Under the pieces are notes generated by a model. It searched no databases, had not been told where the DNA came from, and saw only the letters and a program-made list of their open reading frames with translations. A stretch of 64,000 bases of DNA from Leucoraja ocellata (lineage: Eukaryota). A program made the position numbers and the translations under genes. This document shows, one piece after another, positions 51,882-63,302 of this stretch. The DNA is taken from contig JAWMAR010000108.1 of the NCBI GenBank assembly GCA_036785375.1, positions 2,294,001 through 2,358,000 on the forward strand, written 5' to 3'. The stretch's first letter is position 1; every line of letters starts with the position of its first letter.

Positions 51882-52086
51882 CGTAACGAGTGGAGTCAAA
51901 CACAAATCAACATACAACACATGTTTATTAGATCTACTTACAGCATCGATCTGCAGGACATTACAGTTCCTAGCAGCCACTCATACTGAATGGTGCAGGC
52001 ACGCTCTTGTTAATATAAAATGCATATTAGGCGAAGCCGCTACTAACAAGCACGACAATTGGCTAGTAGGAAATAACCAATCTACA
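51882..52086 (-). repeat. 5' LTR with adjacent tRNA-Leu-type PBS (51869-51881)
   Basis: Plus-strand ctctgacacca matches the 3' end of tRNA-Leu (…CUGACACCA). Confidence 0.9.
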
Positions 52087-52741
52087 GTTTCCCATTCCCA
52101 CAAATCTGCAGGACACAAATGGTACTTAACAAAAATAGCTTTTCAGCACGAGAATATATTGTCATCAATAATAGCTGCAAATGGGTCACTGTTTTCCAAC
52201 TCAATTTCAAAATGACTATGTTTTGTGGTGTTAGGCATCATCTTAAACTCACCAAACAGATTTTGTATTTATTCTTTTTTTAGGGTCTGGGCATTACTGT
52301 CAGGAACAAGATATATTGTTCATCCCTAACTGCCTTTGAAACAGTGGTGGTGTGCTGCCTTCTTGAACTGTTGCAATCTCCAGAGAAGGGATTTCCAGAG
52401 AAGGAAGAAGGGTTCCGACCTGAACCGTCACCTATTCCTTTTCTCCAAAAATGCTGCCTGACCCACTGAGTTACTCCAGCATTTTGTTATCTTTCTTCGG
52501 TATAAACCAGCATCTGCAGTTGCTTCCTGCACCTTTCAAGAGTTGTTGGGTAGAGAATTCCAGGATTTCGATCCAAGTGAGGGTGGTGTGGGACCTGGAG
52601 GGCACCCGAGCAACGGTAGTTGACCTTCTATGTGCAGAGATCAAGATAACCTCTGTAAATGTGCGGTCCATATTGTGGATGATAGCCACTGCAATCACTG
52701 AGTGGCAGTGGTGGAAGGAATAAATGTTTGTAGATGTAGAT

Positions 52742-53132
52742 TCATAGATTCATAGATTCATAGAAAATAGGTGCAGGAGCCTGCACCGCCATTCAATATG
52801 ATCATGGCTGATCATCCAACTCAGTATCCTGTACCTGCCTTCTCTCCATACCCCCTGATCCCTTTAGCCACAAGGGCCACATCTAACTCCCTCTTAAATA
52901 TAGCCAATTAACTGGCCTCAACTACTTTCTGTGGCAGAGAGTTCCAGAGATTCACCACTCTCTGTGTGAAAAATGTTTTTCTCATCTCGGTCCCAAAGGA
53001 TTTCCCCTTTATCCTTAAACTGTGACCCCTTGTCCTGGACTTCCCCAACATCGGGAACAATCTTCCTGCATCTAGCCTGTCCAACCCCTTAAGAATTTTG
53101 TAAGTTTCTATAAGATCCCCCCTCAATCTCCT
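52742..53132 (-). mobile_element. Young CR1 3' fragment with variant tail
   Basis: Tail units read ATAGATTC instead of ATAGAAAC; ATGTAG at both ends. Confidence 0.88.
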
Positions 53133-53603
53133 ATGTAGTGCAAGGCAAGCTGCTTGCTTAGTCCTGGGTGGTGACAAGCTACTTGAGAGTTGTTGTTGTT
53201 TTATTTATCCAGGTGTAGGGAGAGCATTCCATTACACTCCTGACTTGTGCCTTGTTGATGGTGGAAAGGCTTTGAGGAGTCAGACAGTGAGCCATGAGTC
53301 ACGGGATACCAGCCTCTGACCTGCCCCAGTAGACATGGTATTGATGTAGCTATTCCAATTGAGTTTTTTGACAATTTGTGAAATTGGCAATGGTAGTGCT
53401 TTGATTATCAAGGACATGTGATTTGGCTTTCTCGGTTGGGGGTGGTCAGATTGCATCGGGTGGGATGTTAAACCTTGAAAACCTTAAAGCCAGCCGTTTC
53501 TGGTTGGACACGGCAGAGACAAAGACAAGGCAGTGAACCCAGCCCCAGAAGGTCAGCTCTGTTGCTGAATTTGACAGGCTGGGATTAAAGAACATATGAA
53601 CAT

Positions 53604-53900
53604 GGGCAGCACGGTGGCGCAGTGGTAGAGTTGCTGCCTTACAGCGCCAGAGACCCGGGTTCGACCCTGACTATGTGTGCTGTCTGTACGGAGTTTGCAC
53701 GTTCTCCCCGTGACCTGCGTGGGTCTTCTATGAGATCTTTAGTTTCTTCCTACACTCCAAAACGTACTGGTTTGTAGGTTAATTGGCTTGGTATAAATGT
53801 AAAATTGTCCCTAGCATGTGTAGGATAGTGTTAATGTGCGGGATCGCTGGCCAATGCGGACTTGTTGGGCCGAAGGGCCTGTTTCAGCGCTGTATCTCGA
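53604..53900 (+). mobile_element. HE1-like SINE, full length
   Basis: Clean head gggcagcacggtggcgcagtggtagag...gggttcgaccc. Confidence 0.9.
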
Positions 53901-54149
53901 TACGAAAAAAAAGCTGAAGCAAGAGTTGGCCATTGGGCCTCTTCAGTAAGATCATAAGATGATGACTACTGTATCATCCTCCTGCATTAACCCCCACATC
54001 CCTTGACATTAATAATCAGTGCCAGAACCCTATGGCCCTCTTGGAGAGCAAAGTGCAAAGGTTCACTTCACCTCTGAGAGAGGACATTTCGTCTCATCTC
54101 ATACCTGACCCCAGATTCTGAGACTGTGATCCTTGGTTCTTGACACAGT

Positions 54150-55415
54150 AACAATAATTCTCAACACCCGTGCCCCACAAGGTGGACTGGCTGTACACTC
54201 ACAAGCCCCCCACTTGCTACAACTCGCTATACACGCACGACTGTGGGCAGACAAGTTTGCCTCTAACTCCATCTACAAATTTGCCGATGACACCACTGTG
54301 GTGGGTCAGGTCATGAACAATGACACAATGGAATACAGAAAGGACATTGAACTTAGTAACATGGTGTCAGGACAATAACCTTCCTCTTCAGGAAGCATAG
54401 TGGTGCACAATCAGCATCAATAGTGCCAAAGTGGAAATGGTTGAGAGCTTCAAGCTCCTTGGCATTAATATTACCAAAGATCTATCATGAACCAACCATA
54501 TTGTTGCGGCAGCCTAGAAGGCACACCACCCCCTCTACGTATTTCCTGGGGGGAATGAGGACATTCAGCATGTCTCCAATGACTCTTACAAGCTTCTGCA
54601 GATGCACCAGCTCTGCCCAAGTCTGCAAGAAATTGGATAGAGTTGTAGATGTAGCCCAGTCCACCACATAGACCACACAGACCACACAGACCACACAGAC
54701 CAGACTTCCCACCATTGACTCCCTCGTCACGCTGCCTCGGTAAAGCAGCCAACAAATCAAAGACTTGTCCCACATCAGTCAGTCCTTCTTCTCCCTGCTC
54801 CCAGCCAATGGAGTGATCAGAAGTCTGAAAGTACACACCTCCAGACAGGCTAGATGCAGGAAGATTATTCCCGATGTTGAGGAAGTCCAGAACAAGGGGT
54901 CACAGTTTAAGGATAAGGGGAAAATCTTTTAGGACTGAGATGAGAAAATCATTTTTTACACAGAGAGTGGTAAATCTGTGGAACTCTCTGCCACAGAAGG
55001 TAGTTGAGGCCAGTTCAATGGCTATATTTAAGAGGGAGTTAGATGTGGCCCTTGTGACTAAAGGGATCAGGGGGTATGGAGAGAAGGCAGGTACAGGATA
55101 CTGAGTTGGATGATCAGCCATGATCATATTGAATGGCGGTGCAGGCTCGAAGGGCCGAATGGCCTACTCCTGCACATATTTTCTATTTTTCTATGTTTCT
55201 AAGAGATTCTTCCCCTCTGTCATCAGGCTTAAAAACAGTGCTTCCTTAACCTAGGGTACTGTCTGATTCACCTCTATCCCGTTTGCTCCATCTATTGTAC
55301 TTGTTTGACTTGATTGTATTTACTGTATGTGTGGTATATATGAACTGTTTGGATAGCATGCTAAACATAGCTTTTAACTGTACCTCAGTAAGCTTGACAA
55401 GAATAAACCTAAACC
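54150..55415 (+). mobile_element. Rex1/Babar remnant split by a young CR1 (54845-55200, +)
   Basis: LNTRAPQG and KFADDTTVVG RT motifs; 9-bp tandem accacacag at 54663-54705. Confidence 0.8.
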
Positions 55416-55778
55416 TAGGAGCAAAAATTATCCCTGCACGTACCGTACCATCCCAAGCCCCAAATCAATGTTTTTTGCTTCAATGAATTTTACTGGCTTC
55501 ACCTTGGTTAGCTGAAGGAGTATGGATCTAGAGGGTCGAGCTTCAATATCAGAGCCAGATCATTCAGAAAACAAATATAGGCAACATTTCTATAAGCAAC
55601 AAATGATAGAAAGTTGACATTCTCTTCAGCAAGTGAAAGTTGCTGCCAAATCAGTTTTGTGCATTTTGAACCTGAGATTGATGGATTTGTAGTAACTATA
55701 GACATCTGGAGAGATAGGACGTCAGAATGAATGAATGAATCAGCCATGATTTCAATAAATGAGGTGGCAACTCTAGAG

Positions 55779-56007
55779 ATAGAAACAAGGAATGCAGATG
55801 CTGGATTACAAAAACATGACACAAATTGCTGTAGTAACTCAGCGGGTCAGGCAGCATCCCAGGCAAATACCGATAGGTGGCGTTTTGGATCAGGACACTT
55901 CTTCAGACTTCAGACAGGTCAGGTCCCAACCCTAAATGTGATCTATCCATGTTCTTCAGGAATACTGCCTGACCCGCTGAGTTACTCCAGCATTTTGAGT
56001 CTTTTTT
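55779..56007. mobile_element. Palindromic Penelope-derived unit, 14-bp TSD
   Basis: TGGCAACTCTAGAG (55765-78) / TGGCAACTCATGAG (56008-21). Confidence 0.75.
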
Positions 56008-56663
56008 TGGCAACTCATGAGCTTTCCTCTGTCTCTATGTCCTATTTCCTAAACAGAGAAGGGAGGTGTGCTTCAATATGGTGGATTGTCTCAAACAGTA
56101 TTTACAAAAAGCTTTTGGAATAACAACCATCTCTTGCAGCAGAATCTTCAGTATTGCTTAAAACATATTGAATTCTGGAACGGCAAATTTCCAATGCAGT
56201 TATTTTCTTTGAACATTCATCAGAAGTAAATAAATATATTGCTAATAAGTGGCACTAAAACTCCCCGGTAATAATAACAATAAAAAATAGTTCAGTAATC
56301 ATTCTGGGACGTTGCAGATTGTCACTCTTGACTGCACAGTAATGTAAAAACTCAGTTGAAAGGAAGCTCCTGGCATTTGAACAAAACATGACAGAGTTGC
56401 CTTTCAACCCCAGCTTAAGGCATGTAATATAAATATTTAATTTTAACAGTCTTTTATCTGGGCATTGTTAAATTATTCACAGTGGTTACTCCGTCCCATT
56501 GCGTCTAATCACTATCGATGTTTGCAGAAAGCCTGTCAAGGAACAAGTCTTAGTTTGCCGGGAATATTAACAAAAGCAGGAAGGCTGATGCTTTACTCAG
56601 CATGCAGTCCCCTCTCCACTGAGCACCTTTAGCAGAGTGAGCATGATGTTATACAGTTTAGAC

Positions 56664-57015
56664 CAGTGGTTCCCAACATTTTTTATCTCATGGCCCCCTT
56701 GGGATCTTTTAATTTTTCTGTGCCCCCCCCCCCCCCCCCCCTGACATTATTAGCGGGGAAAAAAAACTTCAATATTATAATACCTTCCATAAAAATATCA
56801 GTGTCTATTAATTGCACATATATTCCCTTTTATTCTATTCCACAAACATCAAAAATATTTCAACTACATAGATTTAAATTTATTAGAACTGAAATTTAGG
56901 AGGCAACAGGGTGGTAGCTCTGTGGCCCCCTTCATTGAACCTGTGGCCCCCTAAATCCCCAAATTCTTCTGTGGCCCCCCTGAAATTTGCCATGGCCCCA
57001 GGTTGGGAATCACTG
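56664..57015. mobile_element. hAT-Charlie-type MITE
   Basis: TIR CAGTGGTTCCCAAC / GTTGGGAATCACTG; perfect 8-bp TSD GTTTAGAC; subterminal tggcccc repeats. Confidence 0.92.
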
Positions 57016-57154
57016 GTTTAGACCATACAATCTTAACTTTGCTGGTCATACCCTTTTATATATATATACATATTTTGTTGTTGTTTTTTTTGTTTTACAG
57101 AAGACAAAATAGAAAGCAAACTAATGGAGCTACTTTTACAACAGCTTGCAACAG

Positions 57155-57430
57155 GAGCGGTATAGTGGCACAGCGGTAGAGTTGCTTACAGCACCAAAGA
57201 AACATTTTTGATCCTGACTATGGGTTCTTGTCTATACGGAGTTTGTACGTTCTCCCCGTGACCGCGTGGGTTTTCTCCGGGAGCTCCGGTTTCTTCTCAC
57301 ACTCCAAAGACGTACAGGTTTGTAAATTGCAAATTGTCCTCAGTGTGTGTAGATAGTGTTAGTGTCCGGGGATCGCTGGGCGGCGTGGACTTGGTGGGCC
57401 GAAGGACCTGTTTCCGCGCTGGATCTCTAA
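57155..57430 (+). mobile_element. HE1-like SINE
   Basis: Head, core and tail present. Confidence 0.82.
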
Positions 57431-57699
57431 ACAACATTTTTTTTAAACTACAACTTGCATTTACATAACACCAGTGAGCATTAAAAGATTTCAAAAAGCA
57501 TTATACATAGATAGAAACAAACTGTAAAAAAGCCAGGTACACCCTATGCATGGGTGACCCAAAGCTTAATCAAGATGATTGAAGCAGGATTGTAATAGGG
57601 GTGTTTAGAATGGAGATCTGTGAAGAGGGTCGGAGAGACCCATGGCTGCCAAGGATGGGACAGATGCAAAAAATAAAAAGCAAAATAATCCAAACATCA

Positions 57700-58290
57700 A
57701 CGCAGCAGCATAGAGCAGCATTAGAGTTGCTGCCTTACAGCGCCAGAGAACCTGGTTCAATCCTGACTACGGCTGTTGTACAGAGATTGTACGTTCTCCC
57801 TGTGACTGCGTGGGTTTTCTCTAGGTGCTCCAGTTTCATAGAAACATAGAAACATAGAAAATATGTGCAGGAGTAGGCCATTGGGCCCTTCGAGCCTGCA
57901 CCGCCATTCAATATGATCATGGCTGATCATCCAACTCTATATCCTGTACCTGCCTTCTCTCCATACCCCCTGATCCCTTTAGCCACAAGGGCCACATCTA
58001 ACTCTCTCTTAAATATAGCCAATGAACTGGCCTCAACTACCTTCTGTGGCAGAGAATTCCAGAGATTCACCACTCTCTGTTTAAAAAGAGTACAAGCCAA
58101 GTCTATCCAGTCTTTCTTCATATGAAAGTCCTGCCATCCCAGGAATCAGCCCACATTCCAGACATGTGCAGGTTTGTAGGTTAATTATCTTCTGTAAATT
58201 GTCCCCAGTGTGTGGGATAGAACTAGTGTACGGAGTGGTTGTTAGTCAGCCAATGGGCCTGTTTCCATGTTGTGTCTCTAAACTAAAGTA
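57700..58290 (+). mobile_element. HE1-like SINE with antisense CR1 insert (57838-58149)
   Basis: Junction ctccagtttc|atagaaac; the CR1 has an internal deletion near 58080. Confidence 0.82.
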
Positions 58291-59510
58291 AATTTGAAGA
58301 GATGAGGTTTCGATTTTAGGCTGATGGAAATTTTTCATGTTGAGGATTTTAAATTGGAGTCATTGGCCCCTCTAAATTAATCAAAATCCCCCCAGAACAG
58401 GATGGGTGAGTAAGATTTGGAATAACAAACAATTAGAATTAGAATTAGAAGTTCCCCGGGAGCAAAGGATGATAAAATGACAGAGAGGATGATCAGAATA
58501 GGTACAGAGAAAGGTGCCAGAAATTGATGGCTTGAGGTAAGGCCAAAATGGAGTAATTTGATGGGACTGGGATTGACAGAACATAACGAGTTGAAAGCTA
58601 ACCTGAGCCACAAAGCATTCGCTAGAATTCCGGAGCTGACATCAGCAGTCACAAAGTGACAATTCACTGGGGGAACTGCTAATTGGTAAATACAAGCCAG
58701 TAAGTATTTCAACTATTCTTACTGCTTTTAGCAGTTTATTAACTTAAGTGGAAAGGATTAGCATTAAAGTAAATCATGTTGGCCTGAAATAAGATCTCTA
58801 GTGTAATTAGCATTCTTTAAGTAAGGGGAGCAACTGAGGACCTTAATTTAAGCTTAATCCTTGCCTAGAGAGCTAAGGCCTACGGAATGCTCCTCCTTCA
58901 CTATGTGGTAAGTCAGAGTCACTTCCAGTCTGTGCTGACATGTGTGCAGCAAGTGTATGATAGTGGCATTTAAGAGACTTTTTGATAGGCAAATGGATAT
59001 GCTGGGAACGGGCGGAGATGGATTATGTGCAGACAGATAAGAGTTCGGCTTGACATCGTGTTCAACACAAGCTATTGTGGACTGAAGGGCCTATTCTAGT
59101 GCTTTATTAAAGTCATACAGTGTGGAAACGGGCCCTTTGGCCCAACTTGCCCACACCAACCAACATGTTGCATCTACACTAGTTCAACCTGTCTTCGTTT
59201 GACCCATATCCCTCTAACCCTATTCTGTCTAAATGTAGCTTAAATGTTGCAATGGTACCTGCCTCGACTACCTCCTTTGGAAGATATACTCCATACTCCT
59301 ACCACCCTTTGGGTAAAAAACGTACCCCTCCGGTTCCTATTAAATCTTCCCCCCTCACCTTAAACTTATGTCCTCTAGTTCTCAATTCCCCTATTCTGGG
59401 CAAGAGGCTCTGTGCATTTACGCAATCTATTCCTCTCATGGTTTTGTACATTCTATAAGATTACCCCTCATCCTCCTGCGCTCCAAGGAATAGAATCCTA
59501 GCCTGCTCAA

Positions 59511-59938
59511 CATAGAAACATAGAAACATAGAAAATAGGTGCAGGAGTAGGCCGTTCGGCCATTCGAGCCTGCACCGCCATTCAATATGATCATGGCTGA
59601 TCATCCAACTCAGTATCCTGTACCTGCTTTCTCTCCATACCCCCTGATCCCTTTAGCCACAAAGGCCACATCTAACTCCCTCTTAAATATAGCCAATGAA
59701 CTGGCCTCAACTACACTCTGTGGCAAAGAATTCCAGAGATTCACCACTCTGTGTAAAAAATGTTTTTCTCATCTCAGTCCTAAAAGATTTCCCCTTTATC
59801 CTTAAATTGTGACCCCTTGTTCTGGACTTCCCCAACATCGGGAACAATCTTCCTGCATCTAGCCTGTCCAACCCCTTAAGAATTCTGTAAATTTCTATAA
59901 GATCCCCCCTCAATCTTCTAAATTCTAGCGAGTACAAA
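59511..59938 (-). mobile_element. Young CR1 nested in an older antisense CR1 (about 59110-60115)
   Basis: The host sequence resumes after 59938. Confidence 0.85.
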
Positions 59939-60550
59939 CCTCCCCGTTATAGCTCAGGCCCTTGAGTCCTGGCAACATCCTCATAAATCTTCTCTGCACC
60001 GTTCCAGCGTAACATCTTTCCTATGACTTGGTGCCTAAAACTGAACCCAATACTCTAAGTGTGGCCTCACCAATATCTTATATAACTGCAATATGACCTC
60101 ACAACTTCTATACTTGACCTCCCTCCCCCACTTCTACTGTTCTATGTTTTATGTTTTATATTCCATGTATTCAGCTGTAGCTACCAGGAAACTGTACTAT
60201 GGAGCTGGAGCTAAGGATGGATTCACTGTGGAGCAATGGATAGCATGCCGAGAGAGGCAGTAACACTGCCAGCAACGAAGGAAGTGGTTAACCATCAGAC
60301 AAAGCACAGGAACGCATCACTCTAGCCTATGCGCTCTCCATAAGAAATAGCATTATGGATACAATTGTGGAGGGGTGACGACTTATTAGGGGAATGCAGC
60401 AAAAGACAGGTTTGTGGCAACACGGAGGACTTTTCTGCACAAGAGGGAATGCATCAACAGCACAGACGGCAGGCAAGCAGTGACAGGCATTTAAGGAGGT
60501 GATTCACATCACGCAGTAAAAATAGAACCCTGCCTGGAGGAATGACTGTA

Positions 60551-60573
60551 GGGGGGGGGGGGGGGGGGGGGGA
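60551..60573. repeat. Poly-G tract
   Basis: Seen directly. Confidence 0.9.
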
Positions 60574-61117
60574 CTAAATCAACCCAATACCAAGCAAGGA
60601 AGTTACAGGGGGTAAGAAGGAACTGCAGATGCTAACTTCTTCAAAGTTAGTCTTCAAAGTTAAAGGGGGTGTTAAGTTGAATTAAAAAAAAACTATAAAG
60701 AGGCAAAAGTCAGTATTATACTAGACGACTAGATACATTCTAGATACATTTTTCACCCAGAGTAGTGAATCTGTGGAATTCTCTGCTACAGAAGGCAATG
60801 GAGTCCAATTCACTGGATGTATTCAAGAAAGAGTTAGATATAGCTCTTAGGGCAAACGGAATCAAGGGATATGGGGAAAATAGTGATTCTGGATGATCAG
60901 CCATGATCATAATGAATGGCGGTGCTGGCTGCTCCTGCACCTACTTTATATGTTTCTATTCAAAATCTTTCAAAGAACCAAAATATTCCAAAGAAGGAAA
61001 AAAAGCTATGAGGCTAAACTAACAATGAAAATAAAAATAACAATAAGAGTTTATTTATATGTATATAAAGGAAGAGGGTGGTCCAAGTGAATGTAAGCCT
61101 CTTAGGAAATACAGTAT

Positions 61118-61510
61118 AGGGCCTGTCCCACGAGCATGCGACCTGCATGCGGCAAGCACGACCAAACCGGAAGCGGGGGGCCGCGTGGAGGTCGAGTGAG
61201 TGACGTGAAGTTCGAGCGAAGTCCCGCGGGAATTTCGCTCATGACGTATGGCGTCAAGACGCTGCGTACAGCATCAAGATGCTGCGCACTCCCGTCGAGA
61301 CCGTGCGTACGGCGTTGAGGCGGCTGCGGGCCGGCAGGCGGTTGCCGTGCGGAATTTTTGAACACGGTCAGTTTTTCGGAGCCCCGCGCGATGTCAGGAC
61401 CAGCTCCGCACAACTCCATACGGCCCTGGCGATCGGAGTGGGACCGGCCCCGCGAGGCCGTATGGGGTCGCGCTTGCCACATGGAGTCGCATGCTCGTGG
61501 GACAGGCCTT
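61118..61510. mobile_element. MITE family B, inverted relative to the 19070 copy
   Basis: TIRs AGGGCCTGTCCCACGAGCATGCGAC; flanks TAT/TAG. Confidence 0.88.
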
Positions 61511-61673
61511 TAGTCTGGGGAATGAGTCTGGGAACAGGAAATTGGAAAGTAGTTAAACAAATATTTATAACAATTACAACGAACATCTCATTAATACTGA
61601 ATCATGCTGGGGAAGTAATTAACTAACATTACTGTCATTAGAAAATTGATTTTAGGCTAAATAATGATTTGGG

Positions 61674-61873
61674 NNNNNNNNNNNNNNNNNNNNNNNNNNN
61701 NNNNNNNNNNNNNNNNNNNNNNNNNNNNNNNNNNNNNNNNNNNNNNNNNNNNNNNNNNNNNNNNNNNNNNNNNNNNNNNNNNNNNNNNNNNNNNNNNNNN
61801 NNNNNNNNNNNNNNNNNNNNNNNNNNNNNNNNNNNNNNNNNNNNNNNNNNNNNNNNNNNNNNNNNNNNNNNNN
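61674..61873. other. Assembly gap (200 N)
   Basis: Seen directly. Confidence 1.
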
Positions 61874-62525
61874 ACACCTGTTGCTATTCCTCCACCCTCG
61901 ACTCTGTCCAGGGACCCCGACAGTCCTTTCAGGTTAGGCAGAGGTTCACTTGCACCTCCTCCAACCTCATCTACTGTATCCGTTGTTCAAGATGTGGACT
62001 CTTATACATCGACGAGACCAAACGCAGACTGGGCGATCGTTTCACGGACCACCTTAGCTCAGCCCGCCTGAACCAACCTGACCTCCCGGTTGCTGGACAC
62101 TTTAATTCTCCTTCCCATTCCTACACAGACCTTTCTGTCCTCGGTCTCCTCCATTTTCAAAGTGAGAATAAACGCAAATTGGAGAAAGAGCATCTCATAT
62201 TTCGCTTGGGCAGCTTGCAGCCCAGTGGTATGAATATTGATTTCTCTCACCTCAGGTAGCCCCAGCATTTCCTCTCTCTCTATCCCTCCCCCACCCAAGT
62301 CGCACTAGCTTCTCATTTTCACCCTACAAACAGCTAACAATGGCCTGTTCCCTTTAGCGTTACTTTTTTGCATATCTTGCATTCATTATTCTTTATCTCT
62401 CCACATCACTGTCTATATCTCTCATTTCCCTTATCCCTAACCAGTCTGAAGAAGGATCTTGACCCGAAAGGTCACTTTCCTTCTCTCCAGGGAACGCTGC
62501 CTGACCCGCTGAGTTACTCCATCTT
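61874..62525 (+). mobile_element. Penelope-like retroelement 3' part: GIY-YIG endonuclease plus pLTR
   Basis: FTCTSSNLIYCIRCSRCGLLYIDETKRRLGDRFTDH...GSLQPSGMN* (stop at 62259); hammerhead core at 62446-62473. Confidence 0.92.
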
Positions 62526-62837
62526 ATTGTTTCATTCTTAGCAGTCATCAATGCCCTGTGATCATCTCCCCTCAAGATCCTCTGTTGAAGATACCTAAAC
62601 CTTCTTGGTTTACACCATTGATATGAATGCAGTTTGAAAAATTGTGCATTCTGATCAGTACATAAGGTGTCACAGGTGACACAAAAATTGATGGAAAAGC
62701 AAGTTGTGATGACATAGGAAGACTCCCAGATATTCTGTAGATTGTAAGGGGAAGGGGACCCAGTATCAATCTATTTACCTACTGAAGACAAGTCCAAAAA
62801 TTACCCACTTATCAATGGTTACAATCACCTATCCATG

Positions 62838-62948
62838 TCTGAGTTGGATGATACTGAGTTGGATGATCAGCCATGATCATATTGAATGGCGGTGCAGGCT
62901 CGAAGGGCCGAATGACCTACCCCTGCACCTATTTTCTATGTTTCTATG
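62838..62948 (+). mobile_element. Very short young CR1 3' end
   Basis: 3'UTR plus tail only; 14-bp duplication at its 5' junction. Confidence 0.85.
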
Positions 62949-63302
62949 TCAATATATAACCCTCACTAAGTGCACATACCTTGTGCAGTAATCTTTATGT
63001 GAAAACCTTAGCATATACTTTCTTAAAATTCAAATACATCCCGTCCACTGGTTCCCCATTATCCACTCCTTTTAATACATTCTCAAAGAATTCTGGCAAA
63101 TTTATCAAATATGACACTTTTCATAAAACCATGATGTTACTGCCTTAATAATTTGTTCCAATGTTGCTGTGAATTTTGGGTCTTTGTAAGTTTCTTCCTC
63201 TGTTGCAGTTGATCTATCTTGCTATAAGGAAGAGAACTCAGCCAGAGTTTCTGACTATCCTTTAACAATTTGACAGAGACCATGCATAAGGACTAAAGCT
63301 AA

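Larger units (their letters stand above)
47828..52086 (-). mobile_element. Full-length decayed Ty3/Gypsy LTR retrotransposon (Mag-like)
   Basis: LTRs at 47828-48027 and 51882-52086; TSD GTTTC (47823-27, 52087-91); PBS TGGTGTCAGA; PPT AAGGAAAGA; domain order gag-PR-RT-RH-IN. Confidence 0.95.

Noticed and set aside
53604-53675. tRNA gene
   Set aside because: tRNA-derived SINE head continuing into the SINE body; no complete cloverleaf supported.
57080-57155. Strong splice acceptor ttttttttgttttacag (similar ones near 6690, 39040 and 42275)
   Set aside because: No convincing paired donor or recognisable coding frame, so an exon cannot be supported.
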